A DNA stretch of 63,726 nt, filler included, from Choristocarpus tenellus KU-1152 (Eukaryota; Protista; Phaeophyceae): assembly GCA_964200185.2 (NCBI GenBank). It is 10 parts of 10 records of this genome, joined end to end, with 100 filler letters (N's around TTAATTAATTAA, not from the genome) between each part and the next. Parts side by side here need not be neighbours in the genome. Positions count along the whole stretch, not along the records: positions 1 to 16,023 come from CAXNAD020000887.1; positions 16,124 to 23,818 come from CAXNAD020005740.1; positions 23,919 to 28,534 come from CAXNAD020013781.1; 7 more parts are not named here. One strand, written 5' to 3'. The notes under the pieces were generated by a model. That model was not told the origin of the DNA. It did not search any database and was given only the letters and a program-made list of their open reading frames with translations. How positions within the stretch are numbered: position 1 is the stretch's first letter; every line of letters starts with the position of its first letter. Of this stretch, positions 14,595 to 26,608 are shown in pieces. The translations under genes and the position numbers were made by a program.

Positions 14595-14991
14595 GGCGGT
14601 CCACAATGGATTAGACTACTGACCCCTCCCCCGCCACCTTGCTCCAGTCCGTCCTGCGACCACAGCCACCCTGTAAGATTCTTCCAAGTTCTCAAAGTCG
14701 TGCTGATTTGATTGGACACGACATACCCCACATACGAACTACACAATGTAGTGTCCTGTGTGCCTTTGCTCAGAAAATTGTAAGAAATTGCATCAACAGA
14801 AAGTGGAGAGTAGGACCATTTTGGTTGTCCCTCAGTTTTGAGTTGTTCGTTGTCAGTTGTCAGTTGTCATCTTGTTGTTGGACATAAAATAATAAAATAT
14901 GTTTGTGGTGTGAAGGAAGTTAATGTTGTGGTGTTTGTATGATTGGTTGGGACAACTTACTCATCAAACTCTGTTTGGTTCCACTCTTCTT

Positions 14992-15266
14992 TGACAAGGG
15001 CTGTGTCACCGTCTAAGTTATGCAGTCTGTTTCAATACCATGATGAAAGGCGTTCGAATGAAGAGCAGAAATCCTGGCTGGCGTTCTAGAACGGATGAGG
15101 AATTCGATGAGAGTTGGTTGGCATCCTCGATTTTTGATTTCCAAAAAATCGATGATAGATGTCTCTTCCAGAACGCTAGGCAAGATTTCTGTTCTTCGTT
15201 CGAACGCCTTTCATCATGATGTTAAAAACAGAGAGATCGGCTTGGATGACTACATCCCTCTTGTCA
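14992..15266. repeat. Long imperfect inverted repeat / fold-back (candidate miRNA precursor or MITE)
   Basis: Perfect 20-bp stem 15039-15058 / 15199-15218 within a ~55-bp arm, with weaker pairing out to TGACAAG...CTTGTCA. Confidence 0.8.
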
Positions 15267-15273
15267 GTGAAGG

Positions 15274-15671
15274 CAATCCTTCTGGGTTAAGGTTTCTACC
15301 TTCTGCTTACCATATATATGCTGTGTTCGATTGATTTGATGGTTGCTAATTGGTCATAATTCAGTGTCCGACTGGTTAGACCAAGTATCCCATACAAGCT
15401 GTGAATGTTGATCTCTTTATAATGCTACGAAATATATTCTTGTCTCCCGCAAATGTGTTTCTTCATATTGCTCAAGTACCGAAGTGTGTCACATACAGTG
15501 AGTGATAATACTTCAGTCGCTCGCACTCAGCGATAGTAAGTTTGTTGCTGAGTATAACACGTTTGGATTGCTTGATAATTTGAGGTAATACAGAAACGCA
15601 TAAAAACATTCAAGGTAAGTATACCAATCCTTCTGAGTTCAGGTTTCTACCTTCTACTTGCCATATGTGTG
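15274..15671. repeat. Pair of ~46-nt direct repeats 351 nt apart
   Basis: CAATCCTTCTGGGTTAAGGTTTCTACCTTCTGCTTACCATAT (15274) vs CAATCCTTCTGAGTTCAGGTTTCTACCTTCTACTTGCCATAT (15625). Confidence 0.8.
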
Positions 15672-16023
15672 GAAAGCATGTTTGTCTGTTATTATGCCGT
15701 TATTGCTGTATACCATCTACCGTTATACCGTGGTACCGTGGTACCGATTAAGGTTCTCAGTCAAGAATCCATGATTCCACGGACAGACTTTCTGTCCGAA
15801 TGTCACACATGGAAGATCCACTTCGTTCTCACGTCTTGACTGGTGGTGATGAAGCCCCACCTTTGATGGTGCTTCTCACTCCTAAGTTAAACGCTTGGCC
15901 AACCTTAACCTCGTACCCACGGTCACGGTTCGTCCTTGTCCGTCTTGCCCGGTGGTTCTCTTCGCCACCCTTGCCTGAGTGAACCACGCCGCCACAGAAT
16001 CACACGATTCACATTGGCGACAC

Positions 16024-16123
16024 NNNNNNNNNNNNNNNNNNNNNNNNNNNNNNNNNNNNNNNNNNNNTTAATTAATTAANNNNNNNNNNNNNNNNNNNNN
16101 NNNNNNNNNNNNNNNNNNNNNNN
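16024..16123. other. Artificial contig-joining spacer N44-TTAATTAATTAA-N44 (also at 23819-23918, 28535-28634, 38310-38409, 42955-43054, 45716-45815, 49969-50068, 54113-54212, 58367-58466)
   Basis: Nine identical 100-nt blocks. The palindromic core has stop codons in all six frames, and genes are cut off at these points. Confidence 0.98.
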
Positions 16124-16251
16124 CTGAGAGGATAAATTCAATACTTACCTTTCCCTCCCCCCCAACACCCTGCTCCCCTGCTCCCCTGGCTCCCCTGCCC
16201 TGCCCTGCCCTGCCCTGCCCTGCCCTGCCCCCACTGAAAATGAATTTGCAG

Positions 16252-19200
16252 AGGCCGTCGAATGTTCGAGTACAGCTCTTCTGATTCGAGTTCGGACGTG
16301 GCGTATCTCCTTAACAAGGTGACTGCATGTTTAAAAAAAACAACAAAAATAAAAACAAAACCCCCCCTAACCCTAACCCTAACCCTATCTCTACAGAAAT
16401 GAAAGAAATAGAATTAAAACGATATTACGGGGATTCGCTTGTGAGAGGGTGGAAGAGGGGGGAGGGAGAGGGGGGGGCTCTGATTTATATAGAAAGAAAA
16501 TATTCCGTTTTATTTTTCCTTCTCATTTTCGATGAACGCACTCACTACGTATGTCGATGTCATTGACGCTTTTTTCCCCTTTTTTTCCCCTTTTTTTTTC
16601 CAATTCTTCTGGCCAATTACAACCAATCGAATTGTACAATAGGTAAGAAAAAAAAAGATGCCACCTCATCCTGTAGAGGTACATGGTACGCAGAAGTGTC
16701 TAATTATCCATCCTTGTGTGTCTGCCTGCGTGTCCTGTCTTTTCTGCCTCTCCTCTCCTCTCCTCTCCCGTCTTCTTTATTATCGATCTCAACAATGCAA
16801 AGGCTGATCCCATGGACAACAGGAACATCTCTTCGGGAAGTTCTGGCAATGGCCACTTTGTTGCTCCCCATGGACGGTAAGGGTGGAGTAGAGACCTTGC
16901 ATGGTTCGTTGCCCATTCCGTAGCCCTTTGGGTTAGGGTTAGGGTTAGGGTTAGGGTCGGACACGTATGCCGGGTTCGGTCGGGGTTGGGAAACATGGTT
17001 TGTAGGTAGCGTTATCCATCTGTAAAGTAGCAACATTTACAAATCTACTTTTTTTTTGTGTTTTATGGATCTACTTAAAGTGGATTTAAGTGTTGAGCAC
17101 CTCAAGGCGACCCGACCCCCCTCCGGCCATGAAGCAGTCCTGAAAAAAAAAGAAAAAAAAGGAAGGATAAAAAATAGAAAAATATTGCAGGTCGCTCGAC
17201 TGCAAGGTGGTGGTAGTAGTAGTAGCAGCAGCAGCAGCAGCAAACAGTCCCCTAACTTACCAGGAAAGACACCCCTATGAACGCATATCCTCAACCCTGA
17301 CATATGCTTCAAACCGTTGAAACACACACACACACACACACACACACAATATATGAATTTATTTGGACTACCAATAAATAAGATCAGTTGACTCTTCCTC
17401 ACTGTAATAGTGGATACAGTACGCCACACAGAGATACAACATACATATTTGTTTACTGGGATTCGATAGATGATGTACGACATGCAGCCGAGAAGTTTTT
17501 TCGTTACCCAGATCTGCCTCTTTGTTATTTTTTTTGTATTTGTGGATTATTTGTGTATTCTTCGTATTTTCTCATCTAAAAAATAAATAGATCTGGGATT
17601 AGGAACCTCTACGTTGACTGTATTTCTTTGTTTAATTAAATACGTGTTATTTTGTATTTCTTCTATAATATGTTCACCTTCGTCTGGGAACTTTCTCAAC
17701 CCGTTCCGACACTACACTCTACATGTTCCACTACTTCCTTCTCCTACTCACTACTACCAACAAACTACTCTCTATTTGTGCGTGCCTTCCTTCTACGTTG
17801 CACGTTGGGTCCAGTCATACCACCATCCCACAGCTCGTCCCCCCATTTCATCTTTTCAATCTTGCCCAGTTTGCAGTTGTAGCCTTGCCCCCACCATCAC
17901 GTTTTCAATTTTTCTACCTTCTTTTTGTAGTTTATTACGCGGATGGGAGGGTGCAGGTGTATCTTTCCACTACGGTCGTGGTGTGGACCACCCTCAACCA
18001 GTCCCGAGCCTAATCTGGCGTATCCTTCGACAATGGTTGCCAAATCTCCGCCGAGCAAAAAAGGACGCTCGCTGATGATTATAGAAAAGGTTTTATCCAT
18101 TTATTTACACTGTGTCAACGCACCTCTATATGAATGGATATAGATTCCTCACTCCATGCCAATCTCCTTCCCCCCTCCTCTCCAAACCCTCTACAATCAC
18201 ATCAGAGATCTCTGCCACCAAGATATTGGTCTGTGGACATCGCCATCTGTTCACCGAGCGATAGCTTCTGGCTCCCCGTCTTTGTCTACTTACCTCAACA
18301 ACACCTCCCCTTTGGAAGCGGGGTACTTCCCATCATCATCTCGTGCTGCGAATGGCGGCGCGCCATCCTCGCCATCAGTGAGCATGACTGGAGTGAGCTA
18401 CACGCGTTCGTCATCTGCTGCTGTTGCTGCTGTTGCTGCTGCGGCAGCAGCTGCAGCCAATGGAGGAAAGATGAGGGGCCGTGTGGCACCCGTGATTGAT
18501 GTGGGGCTTCCTGGTGTAGGTATGAGGGGGGCAAAGGGTTGCGAGGGGAAGGAAGTAGGCAAGAAGGTGCAGAAAGAGGAAGGGGGAGGGGGATATTTGA
18601 GGGGACGCCTGGAGCGGGGAGGAGTTGGTGTCGGTGTTGGTGGTGGGGTTAGGGTGTTCGGGAAGGTGCCTTACACGTCGGTTCAGTCTCCGGCGGCGCG
18701 TGAGCAGGGGGTGCGACTGAACCAAGAGGAACGTTCCGTCTACAAAGGTCAACAGCAATTTCTTTCTCAGGGAAGGCAAGATGCCCATCAACCTCAACAG
18801 AGCACGACTTCCCTCCAGTTGCCTGTGGCGTCTGCATCTGTGATTGCGACTGCGAGTGATCCGAGCCTCTACCCACTAACACCAGTGTCCAGCACCAGCC
18901 AACAGCAACTCCTGGAGGTGAGACACCAGCGCCAGGGGCACCAGCATGTTCGTAACTCGTTCTCACCCCGTGGAACGGCTGAAGCAAGGAAGATGGGGAG
19001 TGGATCGCGGCCATCCCTTGTATTGGCTACATCGTCCCCGTTGGGTGTTGATGGGCTTCATGGCGTTGGAGATGGTAACATCGGCAGCAATAGTCACGTC
19101 AGCGAAGGCTACAGCGACGGTGGTAGTAGCTACAGGGATAGCGGTAATAGTTATGGTAGTGGCAGGTATGGTGGGGATGGCAAGGGAGATGGCGGCGACT

Positions 19201-20189
19201 TCCGTAGAAATGGTGGCAGACACCAGGGCAGGAATATCTCCAGTGTCCATGTTGATGGCAATGGTGGAGATGAGGGTGTGAAAAATAGTGGGTTGGGACC
19301 TGTGTTGTCGGAAATGCAGAGAGGGGGGGATGAATCTTCCTCCTCCCATCACCTGGCATACCTCCACCCTTACGAAAGGGATGGAGACTCACACGCAGGT
19401 GGGAGTAATAAAGGAGATGGAGAAGATTCCAAAGCATATTTGTATAGTCACCGCCAGTTCATGAGACGTGGTGAGGAGGCAGACACCAATGGTGTTAAAA
19501 GCTCTTGCGATGAAGCTACAGAGACAGGGTGTGGAGCAAGTTCAGGGAGGATGGGAGATCTTGGGGATTGGGTCAGCAATGATAGAGATGGTGAGAGCAT
19601 TGGTGTAGGAGTGGGGGAGGTGGAGGGGGAGGTTGGAGTTGGTATGGATGAAGGTGTTGCTGACCGTGAGGAGGTAGTTGGAGGGGATTTAAACAAGAGG
19701 AGGATGGCGGGGGGAGGGGCTGGGGAGGGTAATGGAGGTGTTCCTACTCATAATGGAACATTAGGTCTGAGGAGTGAGTTGGATGTATCGATGAATTCCA
19801 TTACAGTGGTAAACTCGGGGGAGGATGGAGAGGTCTATCCCTGCTGGAACAAACGTGAGGAGGAACAAAAGGTGAACATCATTGGAGATTTGGGACAGGG
19901 GGATGGTGAACACAAAGTGGCAAGGGAGGATATAATGAAGGTTGGGGGGGGGGAGGAGGAGGAAGAAGGCTTTGCTCAGAAGGATGGGGTTGAAAGGCCC
20001 CACCTGAAACGGAGTAGGGGCTCTTGTGGGGATGGTGATGATGGGGATCATGGCAATCGTGGTGGCAGCGGTGATGGTGCCATAGAGCAGATGGTGGCCA
20101 AAAGGTGGAAGGGTGTGGGTTTGGGGATGCACCCGGCTCTGGATGCCTTGGCTCAGGGGGCATCACAAGTGATGGTGAGTCGAGCATGA
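16252..20189 (+). CDS. Partial multi-exon gene of unknown function with a ~2-kb Gly/Ser/Glu-rich low-complexity exon (exons 16252-16318, 16803-16876, 17411-17474, 18144-20174/20189)
   Basis: Four AG/GT-bounded exons join in phase: GRRMFEYSSSDSSSDVAYLLNK|ADPMDNRN...APHGR|GYSTPHRDTTYIFVYWDSIDD|IPHSMPISFPPPLQTLYNHIRDLCHQDIGLW..., continuing into the 677-aa ORF. The 5' part is lost at the contig edge. Confidence 0.65.
16931..16956 (+). repeat. Interstitial telomere-type repeat (TTAGGG)4
   Basis: Read directly. Shorter arrays of either orientation lie near 16365, 30271, 37462, 37650, 37797, 38071, 52415, 53190 and 53858. Confidence 0.9.
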
Positions 20190-23100
20190 AGTTTTGCATG
20201 TGGAGTAGTAGTAAGAGCAGTGATCATCTTGTTGAGACAATTGAACTAATGATGGAGCAGTTTAGTTGAATATTACTCAGTCGAAACCGTTTTCATTCTA
20301 AATATTGTAGATGGAGGAGGATTAGGAGCACTGTACTGAAACGAACAAATTGGTCAGTGGACTTGTCCAAAATCACAGGTTGGTATGCTGTTTTGATTGT
20401 TTCTGCTAAGGGGGAAAGATAACCTTTTTATACAACAAAATCCCCTGCAATGCCCCCCCCCGCCCCTCCATGTTTTTGTCCCGACTACGGCTTTAGTGTG
20501 GTCTAATTCCCCCCATAACGTCTCAACCACCCCATTCCTCCAACCAGGCCTCAAGCAAGCAGCAGGTCTCTGTTGTGAACCATTTGCAGCAGCTTCATCA
20601 CGGCAGTGTCCTTTCGCCTCCTGTTCCATCCATTTTGGAGCCTTCATTTTGTGTATGACTCTCCTGCTCATGATTGATCCCTCGTGCATAGTGTACCTGA
20701 ATACTATCCCCATATTCCCGGTGCTGTCGAGAGGCAGCAAGTCCTGTCCCGCCCATGGAATTTTCCTCTCCATGGAAAATTCCTCTGTTGTGGTACCTAC
20801 ACCTATATTATTGATGGGATCAGAAACGGGGAGAAGCCATGTTGATACTCTCTGATGGTGATGGGTGTTTGGTAGGAGACAAGGCTGGTGGGGGTGGGTG
20901 TGGGGGGGGGGGGGTGGAGTGTTTGAAACGCTCAATCTGTGGAGTTGCTGGTGAAACACATTCACCGGCACTTTGGAGAAGAGTGGAGGAGAATTTCGTA
21001 AAGTGTGAGACTCTTCAGAGGAGCCTTCCTGGAGGGCCCGGTGGGGGGGAGTGGAATGAAAGCGAGGTGTACTTCTTTGGTGGTGGTTTTTGACTACCTT
21101 GGTTGGGGATGGTCAGTTGATTGTCATAAGAGGTATATTCTCCATGCACCATAGTGCATACATAGTGGGAGTTAGGGGTGGTAAAAATAAGGGGGGGGTG
21201 GCGGGGGCGGCGGGGGCGGCGGGGCTAGGTTGAAAGTTAGAGGTACACATAATCGGCAGATCACATGACCACATGTGTGTGCTAGTGGATAGGATACCGA
21301 ATTTTCGCATACATTAGTTTTGCCATCATGTTCAAGTACTCGAGGGTTTGTTGTGGGGTGGCCAGGGCGGAGGGAGGAGGAGGTAGATGAATCCGTTTGT
21401 TGTGGATGTTGGATTTCGTAGAGATTGGAGCTTGCTTTCTTTTGCTTATCTTCACATCTCTGTATGTGTGTGTGTTTCGTTGTTTGTATGGGGAGGAGGA
21501 AGGGGAGAGGGATGAGGATGTTAAAATGTAACGTTAATATGTCCTTTCCTTCTTTTCATTTTAAGGCAAGCCCCCCTTGCTTATTTCTCTTTCCAAAGAT
21601 GTTTAATTTCTTCCACCTCCCCTCCCCTCCGTCCCCGTTGAGAAGTGTTTCTTGAGTGCTTGCACAAGGAATTGCTTATTTCTTGTGAGCATGGCTTGTT
21701 TTAGCACCATGTTGTGGCAGTATGGTGGTGAGAGTTGGTGTCTTGAGTGCAACATTGAAAGTTCAGCAGGGAGGGAGAAATGCAATAGACTTAGGAATAT
21801 GGAATTAGGGAATGTAGCGTCGAGTGGATGGAAGCGTTGTACCTGTATCAGAAAAAAAAAACCAGAACGTATTACAACAGGCCGCGATCGGGACGGCTGT
21901 GTTGGCTTTGTGTTGAGTGTGTGTCTGCACTTGAACGTGTTGATGTTTTGATACAGAGATGCGATAAGGCTACTCTCTTGGGGGCTGTTGTCCTGTTTTA
22001 CTTTTGACATGGTAAGGAACAGTGCCACGATAAGCAGTAGTGCCTTACTTGTCTCTCCGTGAAGGGGGATGCACCTCATTGTGTGTTATCGTGGAGGAAT
22101 GATAATCGGAAGTGCTTGTGAGATTGCTTGTGTATTTGTGGAGTGTGTGTGCTGGCCCCTCCTGCTTTGATTCTGCGCTCTTCTTTTTTGTATGTTTTAT
22201 GTATACATCGTTTGCGTTGGGTGATGGGTTGGGGGGGGTTGGGGATGGGGGGTGAGGGTGGTCGATCAGTGAGCAATCATAGTTCTTGCTTTGATGTTGA
22301 CGACTTTGAGGTTAAAGGATATGCTTCTTCTTCTTGCCACAATGTGGTGTCATATTCCTCCTGTGCGAGGCAGCTGGAGAGGTGTTGCTCCATATGAGAC
22401 CCTCCCACCCATGTATGTGGCAGATGGACCCAGCTTTATGGTTGACTCAGCTGGGTGTGAAGCATGTGATAGCAGTAGGTGCTGGGTGCCGTTAGTCCCT
22501 GTTCACATGCTTGTTATTACATTATGATAAATATTTAGGTGGGCCAGAGTTTGCTTGATGATGTTTTAGTCTCGTTAGGGCAGTGGTCAAGGGGGGAGTG
22601 CTATGTGTGAATGGGGGTAGCCTGATGCTAGTTCAAGAGAACAGCATGTGACCGATGACAGAGATCGGTGATGATATTATTATACAGCTAGATCAGTGCA
22701 CAAATGTATGACAAGCCTGGCTGTCATATTAGCTAGGGTGGGGTCAAGGGAGTGGAAGAGAGTGAGGGTTTATGCGAATAGAGTGCGGGGGGGGGGTAGA
22801 GGCAGTGGAGGGATGGAAATGTACTGAGTTCTTGGACACAGCAGCATTCAACATCCCCACAGCCACACCAACCTGTTGCGCTCCCCAGCAACCTTGCATG
22901 AGAGTGCTCTGATGCTCAAGTGCGTAGTAGGGATATCCTCCTCCTCCTCCTGCAGAAGATGCATGCCGTGCATCGTGTCTATTGCTGTCATCTAGTTGTG
23001 ATCTCGTAACAGTTTGAGTGGGGAAGGTGAGGTGTATGAAAAAGTGTGTGTGTATTTCTCTTGTTCACATGATGACAGGGAGCTTTCATTGCGACCTTGT

Positions 23101-24323
23101 ATGTTTTTTTTTGTCTGTAAGGCTAGTCTTAAAACGTTTGGTTTCTTACGAGTAGCGGTAAGTACGAGAAGTAATAGTACGTAGATTCGAGAGGGATTGA
23201 TCGCGAATGAAGAAAAATCTTTAATTTGAACCGAGTAATGGGAACGAAAACATGTTTTCCCAATTACGTGCAGACAATCAGACGGTATTTCTGATTGCTT
23301 GCTACACTGATGTATTTTTTTTTGTGTCGGTTCTTGTCGCTTTTTTCACTAATGTAGATGTGCTGCCTGCGGTTTTTAGAGCCCGGCTGAATGTGTTGTG
23401 ATGGTACACAAAATAATGAATATACATACTTCGTATATACGAACTACTGAGTGATTTCTTGATTATTATTTTGTTTCAGCAACTGAGCCCCACCTGCTAC
23501 TAATGCTACTAATATTCTGCCACTACGGCAGCTGTTGTATGTAGTAGTTACACGCACTCACTTTTAGTTGGTCCTGTAATACACATATTAATGTTAAGTG
23601 TGTGTGATTAATGTATGCGTCAGTTGTTCAAAGGGAGTGTAAAACCTCTGATCCATTATTAGTATGCATGTATCATACACATTGGAGCATTCTGCCCTTC
23701 CTGTGGTAGCTCCAAGCTCACATTGCATGTGGATACATATTTTTGACATATAACAGGGATTTCTCAAAATTGAGGATGGTGCAGGACTATGAGGATGGTT
23801 GTTTTACGAAAACGGTCTNNNNNNNNNNNNNNNNNNNNNNNNNNNNNNNNNNNNNNNNNNNNTTAATTAATTAANNNNNNNNNNNNNNNNNNNNNNNNNN
23901 NNNNNNNNNNNNNNNNNNCCCCCAAAAAAACTACTTCAAGTACTATTATTTTCTACCACTGCCACCATCGACAGTCAAACGACTCCACCGACCGCACTAA
24001 TTATTCAAGCAAGCAAGCCAACGCAGGGCATACATGCACACGACGATCAAACGAAATCGTTGCCGCCTCCCACACACTGTCCTACTACCATCTTCGTCGG
24101 GATGGTTCCCATTCGTAGCGGGGCCCTCCAAAAGTGCCGCAACATTAAAAAACAAACATATGTGCACTTTCCGCACACCATTCCCACGTCTCGCTCATCC
24201 TCAATAAGAAGCTCCATCCTCAATTTTGATGATCGACTGTTGATAGTGTACCCACATTTTTTTTTGGATCAGCCCATGTTATCTGTTTTTCTCACATTTA
24301 CAAGTATTTTGTCCGTTCCCATT

Positions 24324-24586
24324 GACTCGAAGTAACTGGGGGGGGGGGGTCTATACCAGNNNNNNNNNNTCTTTCTTTTTTTCTCCCACATTTCCGTGTT
24401 TTTCCCCTGTCCCCTTTCCCCACAGTCCTCGGGGGGGGGGGGTCTATACCAGGTTGTCTATTCGGACCCTAACCAGGAGAAGTGAACGTACATTATCCAT
24501 CTGACGCATGCAACTCAATCACCCAAAAATTGCGACATGGAAAAATGGACTCCAAATGAACAGCCGACACCCTCCCCCATTGAGCT
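24324..24586 (+). mobile_element. Poly-G MITE, type A copy (interrupted by a small N gap)
   Basis: GACTCGAAGTAACTGGGG...GTCTATACCAGG...CATTATCCATCTGACGCATGCAAC...CCAAATGAACAGCCG matches the copies at 45493 and 61675. Confidence 0.8.
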
Positions 24587-24683
24587 CATTGTTTGTTAGT
24601 GGAGAAGATGTGTATGCACCTTGCCTTACCTCACCATACGCACTTCTATCCTTAGCTTCTATGTGACGTGTGAGTCTCATATA

Positions 24684-26608
24684 CTTCCTCCATTCGGAAT
24701 ATTAACTAAAACGTTTTCAAGGCAACCTTCGTTGTCGCCTGGGAACGACCCACGTGATAAACCCTCTAGATAAGGCTTAGTTGTCATATAGATTGGGAGG
24801 CGTGAAAATTTTGAGATGGTGGACTGTCATGACTGTGGAGGATCACCAGTACAAAGTTTGACCAACTCGCATTTGATGGGTTCAAAAACCTCATGAAACT
24901 GTCACTGAAGATTTTTATAATGATACCCTCAACAAAGACCCCCATCGTTCGAGCGGCCCGCTCATCCCATCGTTGATCGTTAGTCCCAATTTTCCGGTCC
25001 AGAAGTCTGTCCAGGGTCAGGACCCAAACACTCCGATGAAGAACAGCAGGGTGGCACAATGCCTGGAAGCAAGAGGGTGCGAGACTTGGATGCCTCAGGG
25101 AAGGTGGAAGCAATCGCCGAGGAATTGGAAATTTCCCGTATCACTTTGTTCCATCATCTGAAGGCGTATGACAGCCAGATCGCACGGGGTGAATGCATGG
25201 ACCTTGTACAAAGTTACAAGGGGCAATGTGACTGCCATATGAGTATCCTCAAGTTTGGGGTGTCCTATTGGTATATTGCACATCCTTCCGCAAATGGGCA
25301 GCCAAAACTGGGGTCTCCCTTGCCTTGTTGTGAGATCTGTGCAAGCGCAAGAAGGTAAAAACGTTCAAGCGGTGGAGTAAGCCAGTCCTCTCAGATTAGC
25401 AGAAAGTCAACAGGGTGGGTTTCATCGTAAGCCACACGCTAAGGATGGAGGGAAATGGGGTATTAGTGGACGATCTGTTTGGCTGGGTGCATGTGGATGA
25501 GACGTGGTTTTACTTTGTCAAAGATGGGCAAAGTGTGTAACTGCTCCTCATTGAGTACCCCCCCAACCCCCCACTGGGACAGAATTAGTGTTACATTACG
25601 AAGGTGATAGTCCTTGCAGCTGTGGCCTGCACTAGGAAGGTGTCAATGGGATATGGTTCGATGGCAAAATCGGGATGTGGTCATTCGTGGACACCAAGAT
25701 CACTCAGCTCTCCAGCAAACCCACCCCAAGGGCACCAAGGGTACCAAGGTGCTTGCACCCAACCACAGTGGACGGGGAGAGGTATAAGAAGCTCGTAATC
25801 AAGGGTGTCATCAATCAACGCCTGCATACCTAGGCTGGGAGGACACACCTCTTTGTGCACCAGGACAGGGCAAGGCCACACACCAAGGGGGAGATCATGG
25901 AGGCAATCGAGGAGGTGGCAGGGGACGAAATTGTCATAGAGACCCAGCCAGCCAACTCACCTGATCTCAACATCAACAATTTGGGATTATTTTATTCCAT
26001 CCAGCAACTGAAGAAAGACGTGGGGGTGACCAACACAGAGGACCTGGTGGAGACCACAATGGAGGCATTCCATGTGTACCCTCTGGAAACACTAGAGCAC
26101 GTCTGGCAGAGCCTCTCAGCCAACCAACTCACCTGACCTCAACGTCAATGATTTGGGATACTTTCATTCCATCAGCAACTGGAGGAAGACGTCGGGGTGA
26201 CCAACACAGAGGACCTGGTGGAGGCCATAATGGAGGCATTTGATGTGTACCCTCTGGAGACACTGGAGCACGCCTGGCAGAGCCTCTTTGCATTCGACAG
26301 TGAAGTGCTAGGATCCAAGGGTGACAATGCCTTCAAAATTCTCCATCCTTCCAAGAAAAAGACTGAGAAGGCGGGTAAGCACACCCCAAATGCCCCGGTG
26401 GGTGTGGTGAAATACGGTGCTGGAATGGAGTTTAGGAGGGCTTCAGAGACGGAATCATAGATAGGTGGCCCATTTTGCTTGAGATTTGGGTGGGCAACCT
26501 TTTAGTGTCTGCACAATACTCCTGGAAAGTATGGAGATGTGATAAAAAAAAATCTTTTTTTGTTGGGGCTTCAAAATTTATATTACATTTAATTCCGAAC
26601 GGAGGAAG
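24684..26608 (+). mobile_element. Tc1/mariner (DD39D, plant/oomycete-type) transposon with pseudogenised transposase
   Basis: TIRs CTTCCTCCATTCGGAAT / ATTCCGAACGGAGGAAG, with TA on the left flank. Motifs VHVDETWFY, KVIVLAAVA, FDGKIGMW, HQDRARPH and QPANSPDLNINNLGLF are broken by stops and frameshifts. Confidence 0.9.

Noticed and set aside
16141-16152. ATACTTACCT matches the U1 snRNA 5' end
   Set aside because: The following sequence is a C-rich tract with no U1 stem-loops or Sm site.
16252-16318. GRRMFEYSSSD...YLLNK resembles the end of a MADS/MEF2 box
   Set aside because: Only a short resemblance. The diagnostic N-terminal MADS motif is not in the contig, and the downstream exons do not look like MEF2 or K domains.
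18295-20971. Numerous 80-205 aa antisense and alternative-frame ORFs
   Set aside because: Shadows of the GC-rich low-complexity exon and flanking DNA, with no domains. The same applies to antisense ORFs over MED17 and the Copia element.
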